Source: a virus
Taxonomy: Duplodnaviria; Heunggongvirae; Uroviricota; Caudoviricetes
Virus record (IMG/VR): IMGVR_UViG_3300045921_000484
Location: 153,258 to 195,295 of that record
Direction: 5' to 3' (one strand)
Length of the DNA: 42,038 nucleotides
The translations under genes and the position numbers were made by a program. Below, one piece after another: positions 19,875 through 27,905 of the stretch. The stretch's first letter is position 1; every line of letters starts with the position of its first letter. Under the pieces are notes generated by a model. It saw only the letters and a program-made list of their open reading frames with translations. It was not told the origin of the DNA and ran no database searches.

Positions 19875-20033
19875 GTGAATGAAATTAGTAATAATCAAGT
19901 AAGAATGAAATTTATTATACCTATTGGTAAAAATACTAATAAAAAAGAGGCGGAAATAATCGCTGAATTAATGGATAAGTATAAAGAAGATAATAAAGAT
20001 GGTAAGATAGAAAAAATTAATAAAAATATATGA
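19875..20033 (+). CDS. Mini-ORF resembling a portal (gp20-like) internal segment; absent from the track
   Basis: GTG at 19875 or ATG at 19905: (VNEISNNQVR)MKFIIPIGKNTNKKEAEIIAELMDKYKEDNKDGKIEKINKNI*. The stop overlaps the next ATG (ATGA at 20030). Confidence 0.55.
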   Translation: MNEISNNQVRMKFIIPIGKNTNKKEAEIIAELMDKYKEDNKDGKIEKINKNI

Positions 20034-20302
20034 GTTCAATGAAAGAAATGGCTATTAGGCAATATATCTCTAATATCGACTTCAATTCTGATGATTGGAA
20101 GTTATCAAAAATAAAAGAGGATATGAGAAGATTCTTAGGTGAAGAGCCTGGAATTGAAGTGGTCTATAAAAAAGATGTTATGATTAATGAGTTTTCAGGT
20201 GAGGCGAAAGAGTTTGTTGGTGTTGAAAAAGTTCAGATAGTCTTTACTGATACTGATGATAAATTCAAAAAAGTTGAATTTATTATAGGAGATAAAATTT
20301 AA
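20030..20302 (+). CDS. Hypothetical protein (90 aa)
   Basis: Clean ORF, coupled to the upstream mini-ORF. Confidence 0.7.
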   Translation: MSSMKEMAIRQYISNIDFNSDDWKLSKIKEDMRRFLGEEPGIEVVYKKDVMINEFSGEAKEFVGVEKVQIVFTDTDDKFKKVEFIIGDKI

Positions 20303-20310
20303 ATTTAAAT

Positions 20311-20526
20311 ATGAACTTTGGTAATTATTTTTTAGACTTGAAAAAGATATTAGATATAGAATCAAAAAGTGAAAGAAAAATTATTCACAACTATTATACA
20401 GAAATGATGATTGCTTTCCAAGAAGGAAGAGAAGGGATGGGTAAGTCTATAATGAATACACTAATTAACGCTGGATATTTGATTGATAATAGAGATGATA
20501 AAATTGATAAGATATTAGATGAGTAA
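20311..20526 (+). CDS. Small protein ending in NRDDKIDKILDE
   Basis: 71-aa ORF with the C-terminal R-x-x-K-I-x-x-I-L motif. Confidence 0.7.
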   Translation: MNFGNYFLDLKKILDIESKSERKIIHNYYTEMMIAFQEGREGMGKSIMNTLINAGYLIDNRDDKIDKILDE

Positions 20527-20843
20527 TTGTGAAATAGTTAAAGGAATTGACATAGGTAATAGAGAAAGTTATCTATTATACCTACGAATTGAGACTATAA
20601 AAAAGATATACAATTCTCTCTATATTCCGGATAAATCATATGGTGGTTATAGAAATAGTAAATTCTATGTATTGTAGGAATTAAATATTCTTAATACTTA
20701 GCAGATTTTTTAGATAAAAATATTTAATATTTGGAGTATCTTTCGAGGTTTATATCTGAAGTAATCGATAATAGATTATTCAACATATTTAGCTGATAAG
20801 ATAGATAACTCTATCATAACTTACAATAAATCACAATGGAAAT
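20519..20843 (+). pseudogene. Decayed gene; 52-aa ORF followed by interrupted LADFLDKNI*YLEYL / LADKIDNSIITY segments
   Basis: ATG 20519 to TAG 20677 overlaps the previous stop. Downstream frames give two related LAD-x-x-D-x-x-I-x-Y motifs separated by stops and shifts. Confidence 0.4.
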
Positions 20844-21195
20844 AAAAGTATCAATATTAGATTATTTAGGTAAAATAGAAAAGGGTATACTTGTTCTTGT
20901 TTCTTTTGTTTATCAAGAGAAGTATTACGAGGGTATGTTTTTTTATACCGATGAACAAATACTACTTAATGTTGATGATGATTTTGAAAAAGCTATTGGT
21001 TCTAAAATAGAACAACACAAAGAATATAAAGAAATTCTTAAATATCTAATTAGGAATGTTGTTCCTTGGAGCGAGATGATAACAAGAATTGATGAATTAG
21101 ATTTATCTATTTTTGACCCGAAAACATCCGAGACTGTTTACCTAGCAGGAGATGTTGATTCAGATGATATTACTTTTGGTGGTACTCAATCTTAG
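20836..21195 (+). CDS. Hypothetical protein (119 aa)
   Basis: Clean ORF; no motif recognised. Confidence 0.7.
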   Translation: MEIKVSILDYLGKIEKGILVLVSFVYQEKYYEGMFFYTDEQILLNVDDDFEKAIGSKIEQHKEYKEILKYLIRNVVPWSEMITRIDELDLSIFDPKTSETVYLAGDVDSDDITFGGTQS

Positions 21196-21235
21196 TTTTT
21201 ATTTTTTAATATATAATTCAAATATAATTTATCAT

Positions 21236-21607
21236 ATGAGGTATATTAAAAATTTTTCAGTTTTTGAGTCAAATAAAATTTATGCAAATATCTTAAAAAA
21301 GATAATATCAAATTATGCAAAAGATAAGCCTCTTGACGTTGAGGATGAATCATCGTTATTGGCTATATGTAAAAAGCTGGGAATTGAGCCAACCGATGTT
21401 TATAAAAATAAAATGGTTCCAAAATTTAAAGGAGTTAGCGAATCAAAAGAATCAGGATTATCCAGAAGAACTAAAAATTTCTTAAATAAGATAATTTGTG
21501 ACTATCTTAATGTTGATGAATTTGTGAAAGATAAAGACAAAATAGAAGAATTATTATCGAAATTAGGATTAAATTTTAATGAGGTTGTTGATAAATGTTA
21601 TACTTAG
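21236..21607 (+). CDS. Hypothetical protein with CTS-like leader (MRYIKNFSVFES)
   Basis: The in-frame ATG at 21236 follows TAATATATA at 21207-21215; the track start at 21152 lies inside the previous gene. Confidence 0.7.
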   Translation: MRYIKNFSVFESNKIYANILKKIISNYAKDKPLDVEDESSLLAICKKLGIEPTDVYKNKMVPKFKGVSESKESGLSRRTKNFLNKIICDYLNVDEFVKDKDKIEELLSKLGLNFNEVVDKCYT

Positions 21608-21765
21608 TTTTTTAGAATATCACTATCTGTTTTTTTTACCTTTATTTATCAAAATAAAAATAAGCCTTATCACTAAATCCTAATTTCCAATATCATAATC
21701 TTTAATCATCATTATGATGTATTTACTCAATTGGTTTATTTGTGGTTGAATATTAACTTTTAGTC

Positions 21766-21861
21766 CTAAAGAGATATTTCTCTAAGTATCAATTTTAGTT
21801 TAATCTTCCGGTCCTTTTTATTTTTAAATGATTCGTTAAATTTTACCAAATTTTTAATCAT
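21766..21861 (-). pseudogene. Remnant CTS-like gene (MIKNLVKFNES...)
   Basis: TAATATATA (21874-21866), then ATG 21861 gives MIKNLVKFNESFKNKKDRKIKLKLILREISL*. The -1 frame continues LGLKVNIQPQINQLSKYIIMMIKDYDIGN*. Confidence 0.5.
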
Positions 21862-21872
21862 ATTCTATATAT

Positions 21873-21900
21873 TAAACTTACAAATAAAAAATGAATATAA
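21873..21900 (+). promoter_or_regulatory. Second promoter-like class TAAAC(T/A)(T/A)-N15/16-TA(T/C)AA (representative)
   Basis: Seen at 21873(+), 38565(+), 26776(-) and 3552(-), and more loosely at 27218(-), each upstream of a non-structural gene. Confidence 0.45.
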
Positions 21901-21922
21901 AATAAAAAAATAATAATTATCA

Positions 21923-23668
21923 ATGCTTATAAGTGAATTGGGAATTCGAGGATTTAAATCATATGGGAATAATGAACAAATATTAAGACTAAATACAGAA
22001 AGAGGAGAACTTATTCTTCTTGTTGGAAATAATGGTGCTGGTAAATCATCATTATTAGACTCATTTGATTACACACTTTATGGTAAAGTAAGAGGTCGTA
22101 AGAAAAGATGGGCTACCCTATCAACACTTCCAAACCGAATTAATGGTGAACTACTTAACAGAATTAAATTTACATCAAACGGCACCGAGGTTGAGGTTCG
22201 TAGAGGCATTTCACCTAATGTATTAGAACTAATAGAAAACGGTATCACAAACGAAAGATCTGGTAAATCAAACATCGATGAAAAAATAGAAAAATATATT
22301 GGTATGGATATTGAAACATTCAAATCATTTATATCAATGTCTATAAATGATTTCAAAAACTTTATATCTCTTTCTAATGATGAGAAACAATTGCTATTAG
22401 ATAAACTATTTAATCTTGAAGTTATCAATATATTAAATGGTATTCTTAAAGATATCAATAAGAATAATAAAATAAGAATGGCTTCTCTTGATTCTGAAAT
22501 AAAAACATTAGATGAATCTATTGAATCAATTCAAAGATCTATTGATAAAGCAATTGAAAGAGAAAAGGAAGAAGCTAGATTGGCACTTGAAAGAGAGAAA
22601 GAAGATATACAAGCTGAGATTGACAGATTAACAGAAGAGATGAATTCTAAAAAAGATGAGTATAAGTCTTTGAAGGAGAAAATGGAGAAGATAAAAGAGA
22701 AAGATAATGAATTATCTGATGAACTTGAAAAGGAAAAGAAACAATATATCAATACTCAAAATGATATTAAAAATGTTCAAAAAGAAATTGATCTATATGA
22801 TTCTGGTAAATGTCCAACATGTAAGACTGATTTTACCAATTCAGAGCACTTTGCCAATTTAAGAAGTGCTCTTGTTCAAAAGAGAGACGGATTTAATGCT
22901 ATTAAGTTAGAAATTGAAGAAAATATAAAAAGAGTTAAGGAGAAACAAACTAAGTTAAAAACGATGTCTGAAAAAATTACAGCATCTTTTAATGATTTAA
23001 GTTATTTATTGAAAAATTATAAATCTCAAATTGAGAAACTAATTCAAAAAAAGTCAACCGAGTCAGTTCCGGTTGTTACTAAAACATCGGCTAATATTCA
23101 AGAGTTTCAGAAAACAATTGAAGAGTTGAAAGAGAAGAAAAATTTTAGTTCTGATAATATTGCGCTATGTAAAGATAAAGAACTTTATTACAAAGAACTG
23201 AATAAGATATTTGGTGAAGATGGCGTTAAAAAGTCTATTATTGCTGGTATAATTAAGCCAATTAATCACTTTATCAGCGAAAACATCAAGAAGATGGGAT
23301 TATCATTTGATGTTAGATTGGATGAAACATTCACCGCCGAAATCAGACAATTAGGTTCTGTTATTGAACATGATTCACTTAGCACCGGTGAACAAAAACT
23401 AACAAATATATCAATTCTAATAGCTTATTTGAAGCTTATCAGGACCAAGAAACATATTAATATTTTATTTTTAGATGAGGTATTTTCAAGTGTTGATATT
23501 GATAATATACAACGCATATTGATGTTATTAAAGTCATTCTCTAATGATTATAACATTAATATATTTGTTGTGCATCATGCCGTTCTTAATCAAGAGATGT
23601 TTGATAGAATTTTACTAATTGAGAAAAATGTATTTTCAAGTATATCAGAAGTCAATATGGGGGGTTAA
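21923..23668 (+). CDS. SMC-family ATPase, SbcC/Rad50/T4 gp46-like recombination exonuclease subunit
   Basis: Walker A GNNGAGKS, long coiled coil, zinc hook CPTC, signature LSTGE, Walker B/D-loop LFLDEVFSSVD, H-loop VVHH. Confidence 0.92.
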   Translation: MLISELGIRGFKSYGNNEQILRLNTERGELILLVGNNGAGKSSLLDSFDYTLYGKVRGRKKRWATLSTLPNRINGELLNRIKFTSNGTEVEVRRGISPNVLELIENGITNERSGKSNIDEKIEKYIGMDIETFKSFISMSINDFKNFISLSNDEKQLLLDKLFNLEVINILNGILKDINKNNKIRMASLDSEIKTLDESIESIQRSIDKAIEREKEEARLALEREKEDIQAEIDRLTEEMNSKKDEYKSLKEKMEKIKEKDNELSDELEKEKKQYINTQNDIKNVQKEIDLYDSGKCPTCKTDFTNSEHFANLRSALVQKRDGFNAIKLEIEENIKRVKEKQTKLKTMSEKITASFNDLSYLLKNYKSQIEKLIQKKSTESVPVVTKTSANIQEFQKTIEELKEKKNFSSDNIALCKDKELYYKELNKIFGEDGVKKSIIAGIIKPINHFISENIKKMGLSFDVRLDETFTAEIRQLGSVIEHDSLSTGEQKLTNISILIAYLKLIRTKKHINILFLDEVFSSVDIDNIQRILMLLKSFSNDYNINIFVVHHAVLNQEMFDRILLIEKNVFSSISEVNMGG

Positions 23669-23719
23669 GTAACTACGTGTTTTTAATCTATTTCTAAATG
23701 TAAAAAAAAAACTTTTTTA

Positions 23720-24808
23720 TTAAACGATAAATCTATAATCCTTAATTAAACCTCTTAATTCTTCTTCACTTTTAGGCTTGCCTATTTGGTCTAGAAAATA
23801 GATTAATCTATCAAGAATAATGGAATCCCCTTGAATAATATCCATATCATTAAATAATTCTATTTTATCTTTATCCCTGAATAAATTCCATATTTGATAG
23901 ACTAAATTATTACTACAGTAGAAATCTCCAACAATTGATTCCGGAGCACCTTCTAGTGAAGTTAGGTTGTTATTAGAACACCAGAATTCACTACCAACCC
24001 ATTTAGGACTGCCTTCTAGTGAAGTTAGGTTGTTATAGCAACAGTCAAAATCACCACCAACCGATTTAGGACTGCCTTCTAGTGAAGTTAGGTTGTTATA
24101 GGAACACTCGAAATTACCACTAACCGATTCAGGGCCGCCTTCTAGTGAAGTTAGGTTGTTATTGGAACAGATGAAATCACCACCAACCGATTTAGGGCTC
24201 CCTTCTAGTGAAGTTAGGTTGTTATTGTTGCAGTAGAAATTACCACCAACCGATTTGGGACTGCCTTCTAGTGAAGTTAGATTGTTATTGGAACAGTCGA
24301 AATAATCACCAATTGATTCGGGTGAACCTTCTAGTGAAGTTAGATTGTTATTGGAACAGTCGAAATAACCACCAATCCATTCTGGACTCCCTTCTAGTGA
24401 AATTAGATTGTTATTACGACACTCGAAATAACCACCAACCGATTTAGGACAACCTTCTAGTGAAGTTAGGTTGTTATTGTAACAGTTGAAATCTCCACCA
24501 ACCGATTTAGGACTGCCTTCTAGAGAGGTTAGTTTGTTATTGTCACAGTAGAAATTCCCACCAACCGATTCAGGACATCCTTCTAGAGAGGTTAATTTGT
24601 TATTGTGACAGATGAAATTACCGATAACATTTCTAAATTTAATGGGTAGTTTATCTAATCCTTTACCGGATAGATTGACATCACCATCTACATCAATAGA
24701 TCCATCACTATTTATAGTACAGTTCTCTATACCATATTCCTTACATATCAACTCAATATCTCCCCCGGTAGATTCAAATAATCTATATTGAATTAGGTGT
24801 TTCATCAT
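23720..24808 (-). CDS. LRR-like repeat protein, paralogue A (11 repeats), with CTS-like leader
   Basis: MMKHLIQYRLFES start; 11 copies of F-x-C-x-x-N-x-LTSLEG-x-P; TAATATATA at 24810-24818. Confidence 0.85.
   Translation of the reverse strand: MMKHLIQYRLFESTGGDIELICKEYGIENCTINSDGSIDVDGDVNLSGKGLDKLPIKFRNVIGNFICHNNKLTSLEGCPESVGGNFYCDNNKLTSLEGSPKSVGGDFNCYNNNLTSLEGCPKSVGGYFECRNNNLISLEGSPEWIGGYFDCSNNNLTSLEGSPESIGDYFDCSNNNLTSLEGSPKSVGGNFYCNNNNLTSLEGSPKSVGGDFICSNNNLTSLEGGPESVSGNFECSYNNLTSLEGSPKSVGGDFDCCYNNLTSLEGSPKWVGSEFWCSNNNLTSLEGAPESIVGDFYCSNNLVYQIWNLFRDKDKIELFNDMDIIQGDSIILDRLIYFLDQIGKPKSEEELRGLIKDYRFIV
23925..24620 (-). repeat. Eleven in-frame 63-bp (21-aa) tandem repeats
   Basis: The core CCTTCTAG recurs at 23949, 24012, 24075, 24138, 24201, 24264, 24327, 24390, 24453, 24516 and 24579 (period exactly 63). 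Confidence 0.95.
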
Positions 24809-24815
24809 CTATATA

Positions 24816-25523
24816 TTAAGTTACAAATCTATAACCCTTAATAACCCTTCTTAATTCTTCTTCACTTTTAGGCTTGCCTATTTGGTCTAGAAAATCGATT
24901 AATCTATCAAGAACAATTGAATCCCCTTGGATAATATCCATATCATTAAATAATTCTATTTTATCTTTATCTCTAAATAAATTCCATATCTGTTCTACTG
25001 GATTATATTGACAGTAGAAATCTCCGCCGATTAATTCCGGAGCACCTTCTAGTGAAGTTAGTTTGTTATTGAAACATTTGAAATCTCCACCAACCCATTT
25101 AGGACCACCTTTTAGTGAAGTTAGGTTGTTATTGTAACAGTAGAAATTACCACCAACCGATTTAGGACTCCCTTTTAGTGAAGTTAGGTTGTTATTGTAA
25201 CAGTCGAAATAACCACCAATTGATTCCGGTGCGCCTTCTAGTGAAGTTAGATTGTTATTGGAACAGTAGAAACCATCACCGACACATTTAGGACTGCCTT
25301 CTAGAGAAATTAGTTTGTTATTGTAACAGTCGAAATTACCACTTACGTTTTTAAATTTAAGAGGTAGTTTATATAATTCTTTACCGGATAGATCAACATT
25401 ACCATCCACATCAATAGATCCAGCTTCATTTATAGTAAAATTTTGTATACTATATTTCTCACAGATAGATTCAATATCCTGATTAGACTCAAATAATCTA
25501 TATTTAATTAGGTGTTTCATCAT
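24816..25523 (-). CDS. LRR-like repeat protein, paralogue B (5 repeats), with CTS-like leader
   Basis: MMKHLIKYRLFES start; 5 repeats; the C-terminal ~55 aa are nearly identical to paralogue A; TAATATATA at 25525-25533. Confidence 0.85.
   Translation of the reverse strand: MMKHLIKYRLFESNQDIESICEKYSIQNFTINEAGSIDVDGNVDLSGKELYKLPLKFKNVSGNFDCYNNKLISLEGSPKCVGDGFYCSNNNLTSLEGAPESIGGYFDCYNNNLTSLKGSPKSVGGNFYCYNNNLTSLKGGPKWVGGDFKCFNNKLTSLEGAPELIGGDFYCQYNPVEQIWNLFRDKDKIELFNDMDIIQGDSIVLDRLIDFLDQIGKPKSEEELRRVIKGYRFVT
25010..25340 (-). repeat. Five in-frame 63-bp tandem repeats
   Basis: Cores at 25045, 25108, 25171, 25234 and 25297. Confidence 0.9.
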
Positions 25524-25565
25524 CTATATATTAAATACCAATAATTTAATATATATTAAATAGTC

Positions 25566-25610
25566 TTTATTAAAAATCCATTGAGACTTTCTCAATGGAT
25601 TTTTAATAAA
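25566..25610 (-). terminator. Perfect 21-bp hairpin, probable terminator after the S1 gene
   Basis: TTTATTAAAAATCCATTGAGA-ctt-TCTCAATGGATTTTTAATAAA. Confidence 0.8.
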
Positions 25611-25625
25611 TTATTAATTTTCTTT

Positions 25626-26720
25626 CTAAACAACGGTTAAGAAGATTTTTCTATTCATTCTATCTACTGATAGAACTTTCACTTTAATCTCTTGACCAGG
25701 TGTGAATTTTTTATTTAATTTCTCCATTTCCGAAGTGTGAATAAGACCAACAGTTTCATCATCAAGATTAACTAGAGTTCCAAATTGTTTTATTTCTCTA
25801 ACAACACCTTTAAGTATTTGATTATTCTTGATGTTATCCCAAAGAGTTTCTCTTAGAACTTGAGTAAGGATAATTTTATCCTTAATAACTTCTTTAATGT
25901 AGAATTCAATATTGAATCCTGGTTTAATAGAAGTTAATTTTTCTTGCCACTCTGGATTCACATTAGCTTTGTGAATCATACCAGTTAAACACTCGTTGAA
26001 TTCAACGAATATACCGAAAGGTGTTGTACCAGTAACGTGACCACTGTAAACTTCACCATATTTTAACTGATTAATAGCAGATGGAATAAGGCTTTGAAGA
26101 TACTTACGTCTACTAACAATATAAGTTCCTTCTTGTTCAGCAAATGACTCAATCATAACTTCAAATGTTTTTCCAACAATTGAATTAGGGTCATAAAGTT
26201 TATTGATGCCGGCTAAGGTGTTTGGCATAAATCCGGGAAGTGTTACACCACCATAAGACAATTCAACATCATATCCAGCTGGGTTAATTGATTTAATAAA
26301 AGCTTCTACTGATTGTCCCTCTTCAAGAGATTTAAGATTTTGATGAGCTCTTGACTCGTATAGTTCAGCAATGCTTCCTCTGATAAAGAAGTTTTGTTGG
26401 TTTATTTTAGATATCAATACATCAATAAAATCACCAACATTTGAGTTTTTAAGGTATTTTGCCTCAGAAGCTTTGTTGTCTACTCGGATGTCATCTTTGA
26501 ATCCTTCCACGCTAAATACAAATGAACCTCCTGATAGTCCTTCGTATTTAGCGGAAATTACTTCACCTTCAACTGGAACTCTAACAGAGTATAAGTTGTA
26601 AAGCTTTAGTAGATCTTCTTTCTCTTTGCTTTCAAAAGAGGTTCCTTTTTTTACTTTTTTAGAATAATCTTCGCTTTCAAAAGCGAAAGCTGATTCTGGG
26701 TTTCCGATTGTTTCTGTCAT
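25626..26720 (-). CDS. rpsA: Ribosomal protein S1 homologue (about 4 S1/OB domains)
   Basis: S1 signatures: GFMPNT, GTYIVSRRKYL, GHVTGTTPFGIFVEF..GMIH, GVVREIKQFGTLVNL..VGLIHTSE, GQEIKVKVLSVDRMNRKIFL. Confidence 0.85.
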   Translation of the reverse strand: MTETIGNPESAFAFESEDYSKKVKKGTSFESKEKEDLLKLYNLYSVRVPVEGEVISAKYEGLSGGSFVFSVEGFKDDIRVDNKASEAKYLKNSNVGDFIDVLISKINQQNFFIRGSIAELYESRAHQNLKSLEEGQSVEAFIKSINPAGYDVELSYGGVTLPGFMPNTLAGINKLYDPNSIVGKTFEVMIESFAEQEGTYIVSRRKYLQSLIPSAINQLKYGEVYSGHVTGTTPFGIFVEFNECLTGMIHKANVNPEWQEKLTSIKPGFNIEFYIKEVIKDKIILTQVLRETLWDNIKNNQILKGVVREIKQFGTLVNLDDETVGLIHTSEMEKLNKKFTPGQEIKVKVLSVDRMNRKIFLTVV

Positions 26721-26783
26721 ATTTATATTTTTTTAGAAGTTACAAGATGTTGTAATTGAAAAAAATTAGAAGTTTAAGGTTAA

Positions 26784-27185
26784 TTAAAAATTATTATTAA
26801 TTCTTTTAATACCATTTCTAAGCATATAATCTCTTATACGAGCAGCATCTTCATATTTTTCATTTTTGATGCAGTCATTAAGTTTTTCATTTAGATCTTT
26901 AGTGATATCTTCTATACTTTTTTCTTTTGATATTTGTTTTATATCATCTATAAATGATTTGTAAAATTCATCCATTTGAGATATATCAACAAAATATACA
27001 GGAACAACAGATGATGAATTCTCATCTGATAGCTCTTTCAGCTTATCACTCTTTAGTATCTTTTTAATAAAATCCTGATTCAAAGCCGAATTATCGATAA
27101 GATACTTAGCTAAGTGATATGGTCTATTCTTAAACATTTTAAGAAGTAAAACCAAGCTACGATTTAGTTCTTCGTTGTTTTCCAT
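26784..27185 (-). CDS. Protein with C-terminal UVR (UvrB/UvrC coiled-coil) motif
   Basis: LNEKLNDCIKNEKYEDAARIRD. Confidence 0.75.
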   Translation of the reverse strand: MENNEELNRSLVLLLKMFKNRPYHLAKYLIDNSALNQDFIKKILKSDKLKELSDENSSSVVPVYFVDISQMDEFYKSFIDDIKQISKEKSIEDITKDLNEKLNDCIKNEKYEDAARIRDYMLRNGIKRINNNF

Positions 27186-27215
27186 AAATGTTTTATTAAA
27201 AAAATAAAACTAAGT

Positions 27216-27905
27216 TTATATCTTTTCGAATAAAATATTAAAATAGTAATCAAATGAATATTTAGAACTTGGTTTTTCTTGATTAAAAAGAACTCTAACA
27301 TTTGAATAATTATAAGATGTCTCAGTTTGTAATCTTTTAACTAGATTACTATCTGATATTATTTTGTTATTCCAATTGTTTTTATATCTTAAAACATATT
27401 GACTTCTTAGGTCATTATATCTCAAATATAAGTCTATTTTAGAATACTTATATCTGTTAAGAACATTAGTGGTCACATATTCATTCATAGCTACTGTGAT
27501 ATCATTATAGATCGTCATATTGTTCTTAACACCTTCAAATGTTCTTGCTTGTTTTAGTGATGCAAAAATATAATTAGTTAATATAGCAGATAGATTGATA
27601 TTAATTATCCATCTAGTTTGATTATCCCTTTGATATTGATTTTGAGAATCATCAATTATAAGAGTATGATTAGACTTTTTATCATTGCTAGCATTATATA
27701 TAATGGGTTGAAATGAACTCTCAATTAAAAAGTCTAATTGCTCATTCTCCAAGTTCTGATAATATATAATATTATTGTCACTTATATAAATACTATCTTC
27801 TATATCTAACATCTTGGATCCAAAGAATGTACTTTGCTCAGTCATATTATATGTACCAAACACATTCTTATATGTAAATTCTGGTGATATGTAGTTTTTT
27901 CTCAT
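27216..27905 (-). CDS. Putative virion structural protein (229 aa)
   Basis: Last gene of a translationally coupled three-gene minus-strand operon. Confidence 0.6.
   Translation of the reverse strand: MRKNYISPEFTYKNVFGTYNMTEQSTFFGSKMLDIEDSIYISDNNIIYYQNLENEQLDFLIESSFQPIIYNASNDKKSNHTLIIDDSQNQYQRDNQTRWIININLSAILTNYIFASLKQARTFEGVKNNMTIYNDITVAMNEYVTTNVLNRYKYSKIDLYLRYNDLRSQYVLRYKNNWNNKIISDSNLVKRLQTETSYNYSNVRVLFNQEKPSSKYSFDYYFNILFEKI

Noticed and set aside
18100-21861. Stop-codon reassignment (TAG read-through) to rescue the broken small genes
   Set aside because: All long genes translate cleanly in code 11. The broken genes need frame changes, and reading through TAG soon meets other stops.
23925-25340. 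CRISPR-like look: a conserved ~26-nt core (CCTTCTAGTGAAGTTAGGTTGTTATT) separated by variable sequence
   Set aside because: The period is exactly 63 nt, the intervening parts are homologous to each other, and the array is in frame within ORFs. It is a protein repeat, and no cas genes are seen.
23720-25523. Diversity-generating retroelement (template/variable repeat pair)
   Set aside because: No reverse transcriptase in the window, and the differences between paralogues are not confined to adenines.
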